DNA from: Candidatus Tayloriibacteriota bacterium | Lineage (GTDB): Bacteria; Patescibacteriota; Minisyncoccia; Phycocordibacterales; CAIRYW01 | Reading direction: 5' to 3' | Assembly: GCA_028286725.1 (NCBI GenBank) | Contig: JAQBQZ010000003.1 | Location: 1-52,264 of the forward strand | DNA: 52,264 nt | In this document: piece after piece, positions 45,958 through 52,264 of the stretch | Layout of the letters: each line of letters opens with the position of its first letter | Position numbering within the stretch: the first letter of the stretch is position 1 | Position numbers and translations under genes: made by a program | Notes under the pieces: generated by a model | What the model was told of the DNA's origin: nothing | Seen by the model: only the letters and a program-made list of their open reading frames with translations | Databases searched by the model: none

Positions 45958-46563
45958 ATGAATGACTCGTTTGAAAAACTAAAAGAAATATTCGGACATT
46001 TTCCAGGGATCGGACCTCGACAAGCGGAGAGGTTTGCATATTTTCTATTGGGACGAGACAACGGATATATTGAAGAGTTGAAAGCTCTTCTTTCGACTCT
46101 CAAAAAAGATGTCATTCAATGTAGCGAATGCATGCGATATTTTGCAAAGAAAAATAACATTGCTCTCTGCTCAATCTGTTCTGATCCAAATCGAAATACG
46201 GAAGTCTTGATGCTTGTTGCAAAAGATAATGATCTCATTACGGTAGAAAAAAGCGGGGCATTTTCTGGACGATATTTTGTCTTGGGTGGACTCATCCCAA
46301 TTCTTGAAAAAGTAGTAGAAAAAAGGATTAGACTCTTTCAACTCAAAAATCTCATCGAAAGAAATATTCAAATCAAAGAAGTGATACTTGCGCTTTCGGC
46401 GACGCACGAAGGAGAAAATACTGGAGATATAGTAGAGAAGGCAATCAAGGAAATAAATTCTACAATAAAGGTCTCTCGACTCGGGCGAGGACTCTCAACA
46501 GGACTTGAGATCGAATATTCTGATAGTGATACGATAAAGGAGGCGTTGAATAATAAGAAATAA
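45958..46563 (+). CDS. recR: Recombination mediator RecR
   Basis: FPGIGPRQAER, CxxC...CxxC, TOPRIM EVILA...EGE.T. Confidence 0.95.
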   Translation: MNDSFEKLKEIFGHFPGIGPRQAERFAYFLLGRDNGYIEELKALLSTLKKDVIQCSECMRYFAKKNNIALCSICSDPNRNTEVLMLVAKDNDLITVEKSGAFSGRYFVLGGLIPILEKVVEKRIRLFQLKNLIERNIQIKEVILALSATHEGENTGDIVEKAIKEINSTIKVSRLGRGLSTGLEIEYSDSDTIKEALNNKK

Positions 46564-46638
46564 ATATAAGTATTCAAGTTTAAAACAGAGACTTGTCAAC
46601 CTGGGAAAAAGGATGATTTTTGATATGATATACGAATT

Positions 46639-47337
46639 ATGAAAGCTGTTATATTAGCTGCTGGTAAAGGAACAAGAATGGGAGCTCTTTCTGAAGAGAC
46701 TCCTAAGCCTATGCAAAAAGTGCTTGAGAAGCCAATTCTCATGCGTATTCTTGACGCTCTTCCAGATGAGATCAATGAAGCTGTGATCACGGTTAACTAT
46801 CTTAAAGAACAGATTATTGATGCATTTGGACCAAAGTATAAACATATAAAGATTACATATATCGAGCAGAAAGAGCTTTTAGGTACCGCGCATGCATTAT
46901 GGGCATGTAAAGAGCATCTCATAAATGAGGATAAGTTTTTGGTTATGATGGGGGACAATATTTATACTAAAGAAGATCTTGAGGATTGTCTTCAAAATCC
47001 ATGGGCTCTCCTTGTGGAAAAGAGAAGTTCAATCAAGGGTGTTGCTAAAGTTGTTGTTGATGATGCCATGAATGTTCAAGATATTATTGAACGATATCCA
47101 AATGAAGAAGAAGGATTCACATCTCCGGGAGTCTATGCACTCACACCTGATATTTTTAATTATGAAATGGTGCAATGGGGTCATGGGGAATATGGATTAC
47201 CACAGACTATTGTTCTCGCAAAAAACGATCGCCCAATTAAGGCTGTAGTATTAAGATTTATGTTAATTATTACAACACCAGAAAATCTTAAAGAGGCTGA
47301 AGATCATTTTCTTTCTCTAGAAGTTGAGACTAAATAA
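46639..47337 (+). CDS. Sugar-phosphate nucleotidyltransferase (NTP_transferase family)
   Basis: AVILAAGKGTRM, TPKPM, LGTAHAL, MMGDN. Confidence 0.88.
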   Translation: MKAVILAAGKGTRMGALSEETPKPMQKVLEKPILMRILDALPDEINEAVITVNYLKEQIIDAFGPKYKHIKITYIEQKELLGTAHALWACKEHLINEDKFLVMMGDNIYTKEDLEDCLQNPWALLVEKRSSIKGVAKVVVDDAMNVQDIIERYPNEEEGFTSPGVYALTPDIFNYEMVQWGHGEYGLPQTIVLAKNDRPIKAVVLRFMLIITTPENLKEAEDHFLSLEVETK

Positions 47338-47359
47338 ATATTTAAATAGAATTTTTAAA

Positions 47360-47655
47360 ATCGAAAACCGGACTTGCGTGCGCAAATCCGGTCTTTAAAT
47401 TTGGTCCCACACCAGTCATTTTGGTTGATCCGGCAGGGATCGATTTCTGCATAGAATGCAGTGGAGTTTACCACCAACAACGAAGGGCTCCGTTTACCAA
47501 TATATGACTAGTGTGAGAATTCCAACAACGCTCGGTGAGGTACCAGCGCTAAAATGAACAAAAATGAGCGCTTCTCGTCGTGCCCTACGACATCGACAGG
47601 AAGCCTTCCCGGTCACCAGATCTCCCACTGACTCTGGTCGGAAATTCTTATATTA
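47360..47655 (-). ncRNA. Candidate structured ncRNA, unit B
   Basis: TTGACA-N17-TATATT (47689-47661), about 290 nt with no ORF of 60 aa or more, two multi-hairpin domains, terminator ACCGGATTTGC-GCAC-GCAAGTCCGGT-TTTC. Confidence 0.6.
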
Positions 47656-47719
47656 AATTCAATATAAATCTAAATATTAAAAATGTCAATAGTAGCGAAT
47701 TAGATCTTTGGGAAATTAT

Positions 47720-48052
47720 TTAAAATGAGAAGTGACCGTCAGCACGAAGCGGACGGTCACTCTTTTCTCAACTTATAGAAGGGCCCTGGCGCCAACGGCC
47801 GTTGCATAAAATGCAACCGGAGAACTGCGGAAAAACTGAACGCAGAACACACCTCCGAGCTGTCACCTCGCCCTTTACTTTTCTGTTGAAGAAACTTTAA
47901 AAAACAAATACCCTGTGTTGAGGGTGCCACTGTAAAAAACTACAGGTGTAACCTTGTGGTGTAGCGTTCTCGGAGTTAAAGGTCACCCATAATTAGCTGC
48001 ACTCACCCCAACACAGAGCCTCCATGATCCTCCCAAGGCATCATGAAGCTAG
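47720..48052 (-). ncRNA. Candidate structured ncRNA, unit A
   Basis: TTGACT-N16-TATAGT (48085-48058), about 330 nt with no ORF of 60 aa or more, long stems, terminal hairpin AGTGACCGTC/GACGGTCACT. Confidence 0.55.
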
Positions 48053-48086
48053 TTGTTACTATACTTACAAAATAGGGTTAGTCAAA

Positions 48087-49442
48087 TTAGTCCTTTATTT
48101 CAAAACCTTTTGATTGGATCTGGTTTCGGAGTTCATCTGCTTTTGTCCAATCTTTATTTTCTCGAGCAATTTTTCTTTCCTCAATTAGTTTCTGGACATC
48201 TTCTGGAATTTCTATATTTTCTTTTATGACAGAGCCGAGCATGAGACCAAGCACTTTGTCGAAATCAGTAAGTGTAGCTTTTCTGTCTGCCTGATTTAAT
48301 TCTCCATCTTTGACGAGTTCCCAAACTATTGCGAGTGCTTTTGGTGTGTCGAGGTCATTGTTCACAGCCTCGATAAATCTTTCTTTGTATTCAGTATTTA
48401 CTACACCGTTTCCATTACTTAGAGAATTAAAATGAGCGTGAAGTTTTTCGTAGGCTACTTGTGCAGATTTGATCGCATCGAGCGAATAATCCACCCGAGT
48501 TGAATATCGTGCAGTTAAAAGCCAGTATCGGTAGGCGAGAGTGTGTACTCCGTTTTTACTTAGTGTTTCTAGTGTGAGGAAGTTGTCTCCTGATTTTGCC
48601 ATCTTATCCTCTCCGATTGTAATGTGTGCATTATGCATCCAAAAGTTTGCGAGATTGTGTCCTGTTGCACATTCAGTTTGAGCGATTTCGTTGTTGTGGT
48701 GCACCGGAATATGATCAATTCCTCCTGTGTGAATGTCGATCGGAGTGCCGAGATACTTTTCTATCATCGCAGAACATTCGATGTGCCAGCCAGGGAATCC
48801 GTTTCCAAATGGAGCAACAAAACCAAGTCCTGTTCCATCGGCAAATTTCCATAATGCAAAATCCCGATAGTTTTTCTTTTCAGTATTTGATTCGATACGC
48901 CCATGGTCATTGTCCTCTGCGATACCTCCGAGTCTTCCGTAATGAGTATCTTTTGTAGTATCAAAATAAATTCCATCTGTTGTTTTGTATGCAAAATCTT
49001 TTTGAAGGAGGGTTTGAATCATCTCGATATCTTCTTTGATGTGATCACTTGCAAAAGGAAATGCAGACGGGAGTTCGATATTCAGTTTCTCTAGATCTGT
49101 TTTGAATGCTTCAAAATAAAAATTGGCAATAGAGCGCATGTTTTCGAGGTTCATTTCTTTACCTTCTCGTTTGAGTGCTTTGACCATTTTGTCGTCACCT
49201 TGGTCAGCATCGCTTGTTAGATGTCCAACATCTGTTACGTTCATTATGTGCTTTACATTAAATCCATTGTATTTGAGAGTTCGTTTGAGTGTATCAGCAA
49301 ATACGTAAGCACGGAGATTGCCAATGTGTGCATAGTTGTAGACGGTCGGTCCACAAGAGTAAAGTTTAACTTCTTTTGGGTTTATTGGTGTAAATTTTTG
49401 TTTCTCCTTGCCGAGAGTGTTGGATAGCCAGATTTCATTCAT
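48087..49442 (-). CDS. cysS: Cysteinyl-tRNA synthetase
   Basis: CGPTVYNYAHIGN, PGWHIECSAM, HNNEIAQ, KMAKS. Confidence 0.97.
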   Translation of the reverse strand: MNEIWLSNTLGKEKQKFTPINPKEVKLYSCGPTVYNYAHIGNLRAYVFADTLKRTLKYNGFNVKHIMNVTDVGHLTSDADQGDDKMVKALKREGKEMNLENMRSIANFYFEAFKTDLEKLNIELPSAFPFASDHIKEDIEMIQTLLQKDFAYKTTDGIYFDTTKDTHYGRLGGIAEDNDHGRIESNTEKKNYRDFALWKFADGTGLGFVAPFGNGFPGWHIECSAMIEKYLGTPIDIHTGGIDHIPVHHNNEIAQTECATGHNLANFWMHNAHITIGEDKMAKSGDNFLTLETLSKNGVHTLAYRYWLLTARYSTRVDYSLDAIKSAQVAYEKLHAHFNSLSNGNGVVNTEYKERFIEAVNNDLDTPKALAIVWELVKDGELNQADRKATLTDFDKVLGLMLGSVIKENIEIPEDVQKLIEERKIARENKDWTKADELRNQIQSKGFEIKD

Positions 49443-49498
49443 TGTCGTTTGGGTTTTAAATTATTTTTTTGATTTTTAAGTTTCGAGTCTTGATTTAT

Positions 49499-50413
49499 CT
49501 ACAGCCACTTCTTATAGCTGAAGTACCCAAAACATCCAAGTACGATCGCAAGCATTATAGCCATAATCATATCAAAGTCATAGGGGCTGCCGATAAGAGG
49601 AGTGTGATTACTCGGGATCGTAAATATTGCTGCACAGAGTGTGAGTGGAAATGTGATAAACGCCATCATCGTAAGGCCTTTGATAGCCTCATTTTGTTTT
49701 GTTGAAAGTAGGGAGTCGTTTGTGTGTCGAAGCTCTTCGAGGAGCTCTTTGTTGGCGTGCATTCGTCTGTCGACTCTTTGGTACTCACTTGCCATATCAT
49801 GGATAAAGTATTCGTATTTTTCACCGAGGAATTCTTTGAACATATTATGGAGTGCGGCGATTGCCTCTCTGTGTGGAAGAATTGCATGATTAAATCGGAG
49901 GATATCTCTGTGAATCCGAGAAAGTTCAACTACCATTCGCTTTTCTTCGCCTTTGAAGACGAAGTTTTCGGCTCTATGAAGATCTTCTTTGATCTTTTCG
50001 ACATCTTTGAGAAGTGAGTGATAAAGATGTTTGATGAGTTTGTGGAAAATAAATCCAGCATTTTCAACTTCGACAGTATCATCTTTAATATTAAGACTTT
50101 TTGAAAATGCATTTATTGATTTCATTTCATCATAATGTACGGTGATGAGGTAATCTTTACCAATGATAAAATCAATCTCTTGTCTATGGTCATCTGCCGG
50201 CTTATTTTTTTTGTCAGTAAGTGTTGGGAAGTGGAGAACTATATAAACACATTTTTCATACATTACTACTCTTTGTTTTGGAGTAGGAGAGAGGAGATCT
50301 TCGGCAGCACTTACTGGAACATCAAAGTCATTTATGATGCGAGCGATTTCTGATTCGCTCGGGTTTTCAAGATCGATCCACTTGTGGCCTTTGTACTCGT
50401 ATTCTTTGATCAT
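49499..50413 (-). CDS. corA: CorA-family divalent cation transporter (GMN motif replaced)
   Basis: WIDLENPSESE, QEIDFIIG..YLITVH, QNEAIKGLT, two C-terminal TM. Confidence 0.8.
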   Translation of the reverse strand: MIKEYEYKGHKWIDLENPSESEIARIINDFDVPVSAAEDLLSPTPKQRVVMYEKCVYIVLHFPTLTDKKNKPADDHRQEIDFIIGKDYLITVHYDEMKSINAFSKSLNIKDDTVEVENAGFIFHKLIKHLYHSLLKDVEKIKEDLHRAENFVFKGEEKRMVVELSRIHRDILRFNHAILPHREAIAALHNMFKEFLGEKYEYFIHDMASEYQRVDRRMHANKELLEELRHTNDSLLSTKQNEAIKGLTMMAFITFPLTLCAAIFTIPSNHTPLIGSPYDFDMIMAIMLAIVLGCFGYFSYKKWL

Positions 50414-50555
50414 ATATATGTTAAGTATAAGATAAAAAGTTGAAAGTAGAAAGTGTAAATGTGTTGAAATTCAAGGATTTGATAAATTTGCTGTTCCGTG
50501 TATTTTTTGAGATAATCAACTAACTTAATAGCGATTGCTAATCGATTCAAGTTGA

Positions 50556-51767
50556 ATGAAAAATACACTTAAAAAAATAGGAGTTATATCAGGGGTGACA
50601 TTTGTGATCGCGATTTCTTTCTTTGCGGGACTTTATGTTAATGCTGAAAGACTGACAACCACGGTGGCTGGCGTAGATATTACAGGTTCAGATCATCAGA
50701 ATGTTGATATGAGTGCATTTTGGAAAGCCTGGGATGTGTTGAATGCAAAATACATAAACAGTGGTACAACAACGACAGATCAGCAAAAGGTATATGGGGC
50801 GATCAAAGGGCTTGCAGACTCTCTCAATGATCCGTATACAACATTCTTTAATGCAGAAGAAAACAAGAATTTTCAGACAGATCTCTCAGGAACTATCGAA
50901 GGTATCGGGGCAATACTTAGTGTCAAAGACGGAGGACTTACGGTTGTCTCTGTGATTAAAGGGTCGCCTGCTGAAAAAGCTGGGATGCTTCCACTCGACA
51001 AGATTACAAAGATTGGCGATGTGAGTACAAACAATCTCGATATTGATAAAGCAATAAGTCTCGTAAGAGGTAAAAAGGGTACAACAGTAAATCTCGAAAT
51101 AATGCGAAATAACAGCGTTTCAGCACTTCACCTCACAATTACGCGAGACACTATCAATACTCCAGTTGTTGAAACAAAGAAATATCCGAATGGAGTTTTT
51201 GGAATACGAATAAACAGCTTCACTTCAAATGCGCCAGATCTTTTCAGAGATGCGCTCCGTGAATACGTAAATTCTGGAGATCAGAAACTCATTATTGATC
51301 TTCGAGACAATACTGGGGGATACCTTGATGCGGCAGTAGACATGGTGAGCTGGTTTGTACCAACAGGACAGACTGTGGTGACAGAAGATTTCGGCAAGAA
51401 TAATGGAAACAATGTTTACCGAAGCAAGGGGTACAATTTGTTTAGTTCTGATATGAAAGTGGTCATACTCGTAAACGAGAATACAGCTTCTGCTTCAGAG
51501 ATCTTTGCTGGTGCGCTTCGAGATTATGGAAGAGCGACACTCGTAGGAACAAAAACTTTTGGTAAAGGTGTAGTACAGGAACTCGTGCCAATCACAGATG
51601 ACACAATGCTCAAGGTGACTATCGCAAGATGGCTTACACCAAAAGGAACGTCACTCTCTCACGATGGTTTGAATCCTGATTATGAAGTGAAGTTTACAGA
51701 TGATGATATTAAGAATAGAAATGATGTGCAGCTCAATAAGGCGCTCGAGGTTGCCGGACAACAATAA
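50556..51767 (+). CDS. ctpA: C-terminal processing protease (S41, PDZ)
   Basis: LNDPYT, GIGA, DLRDNTGG, TASASEIFAGAL, TFGKG.VQ, WLTPKG. Confidence 0.92.
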   Translation: MKNTLKKIGVISGVTFVIAISFFAGLYVNAERLTTTVAGVDITGSDHQNVDMSAFWKAWDVLNAKYINSGTTTTDQQKVYGAIKGLADSLNDPYTTFFNAEENKNFQTDLSGTIEGIGAILSVKDGGLTVVSVIKGSPAEKAGMLPLDKITKIGDVSTNNLDIDKAISLVRGKKGTTVNLEIMRNNSVSALHLTITRDTINTPVVETKKYPNGVFGIRINSFTSNAPDLFRDALREYVNSGDQKLIIDLRDNTGGYLDAAVDMVSWFVPTGQTVVTEDFGKNNGNNVYRSKGYNLFSSDMKVVILVNENTASASEIFAGALRDYGRATLVGTKTFGKGVVQELVPITDDTMLKVTIARWLTPKGTSLSHDGLNPDYEVKFTDDDIKNRNDVQLNKALEVAGQQ

Positions 51768-51781
51768 AAATAATAAATTAT

Positions 51782-52228
51782 ATGAAAGTTATATTACTTA
51801 AAGATGTACAGAAAATAGGAAAGAAATTTGATATCAAAAATGTAGCAGATGGATTTGCTTTAAACTCACTTATTCCAACCGGGAAAGCAAAGGTGGCAAC
51901 AGATGCAGAGATCAAGAAAGTAGAGGCTTTGAAAAAAGTTATTGAAGCAGAGAAAAAGATTCAGATGGATCTTCTCACAAAGAATATAAATGAGATCAAT
52001 GAAAAGCAGGTAACGATCAAAGCGAAAGCAAATTCAAAAGGATCACTCTTTGCCCAGCTTCACACAGAAGACATTGTAAAAGCGATCAAGGAATCTATTG
52101 GTGCAGATATTCATCCGGATTTTATCATTCTTCCAAAACCCATCAAAGAAGCGGGAGAGCATGATCTCCAGGTAAAAGTAGGGGACAAGAAAGTGACAAT
52201 AAAGCTTATTGTAGAAGGAACTAAATAA
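51782..52228 (+). CDS. rplI: 50S ribosomal protein L9
   Basis: MKVILLKDV..IGK...V.DGFA.N.LIP.GKA, GSLF, PIK..GEH. Confidence 0.97.
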   Translation: MKVILLKDVQKIGKKFDIKNVADGFALNSLIPTGKAKVATDAEIKKVEALKKVIEAEKKIQMDLLTKNINEINEKQVTIKAKANSKGSLFAQLHTEDIVKAIKESIGADIHPDFIILPKPIKEAGEHDLQVKVGDKKVTIKLIVEGTK

Positions 52229-52264
52229 AATAACCTAAAACAAAAATCGTCGCACCCTCGGGTG

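Noticed and set aside
47427-47444. TCGATCCCTGCCGG in unit B resembles the tRNA-Asn T-arm/acceptor junction
   Set aside because: No TTCGA loop or cloverleaf; it folds better as a local GATCC/GGATC hairpin; probably chance
47360-48085. RNase P, tmRNA, SRP, 6S or T-box identity for the structured units
   Set aside because: Diagnostic motifs not found by eye; the region is downstream, not upstream, of cysS; needs cmscan to exclude formally
952-50955. Numerous short antisense or overlapping ORFs in the track
   Set aside because: Shadow frames of well-supported genes, with no motifs or expression signals
1883-52228. Alternative genetic code (TGA=Gly)
   Set aside because: Core genes are uninterrupted in the standard code and TGA ends full-length genes such as thrC

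Overview
Core-chromosome segment of an AT-rich, reduced-genome bacterium. The gene set fits Patescibacteria/Parcubacteria (inference): helicase-motif-less PriA, short HolB, two MreB, a PrgI-like gene, A-rich leaders mostly without Shine-Dalgarno, and standard code with TGA as stop. Housekeeping blocks are hpf-def-fmt, priA, murA, mreB-holB-frr-rseP, proS-mreB-mreC-(mreD)-mrdA, greA-lysS, mraZ-rsmH-ftsL-ftsI-murF, rmuC, rplU-dnaB-recR, cysS, corA and ctpA-rplI. Between them sit many self-contained accessory mini-cassettes (own sigma70-like promoter, orphan ORF, terminator), dense in 1-10 kb and after tRNA-Glu. Two tRNAs are present (Asn-GTT, Glu-CTC). No integrase, transposase, CRISPR array or rRNA was seen. 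The most notable unexplained structures are: (1) two tandem, ORF-free, promoter-to-terminator units of about 300 nt on the minus strand between cysS and a nucleotidyltransferase gene (47360-48085), which fold into multi-hairpin junctions and share two motifs, so they are candidate novel ncRNAs; (2) a duplicated ~200-bp element around tRNA-Asn built from sense and antisense tRNA 3'-end mimics; (3) boxA-like motifs just downstream of several accessory-cassette promoters; (4) a dispersed 70-bp palindromic element. All folding and alignments were done by eye and no database search was run.
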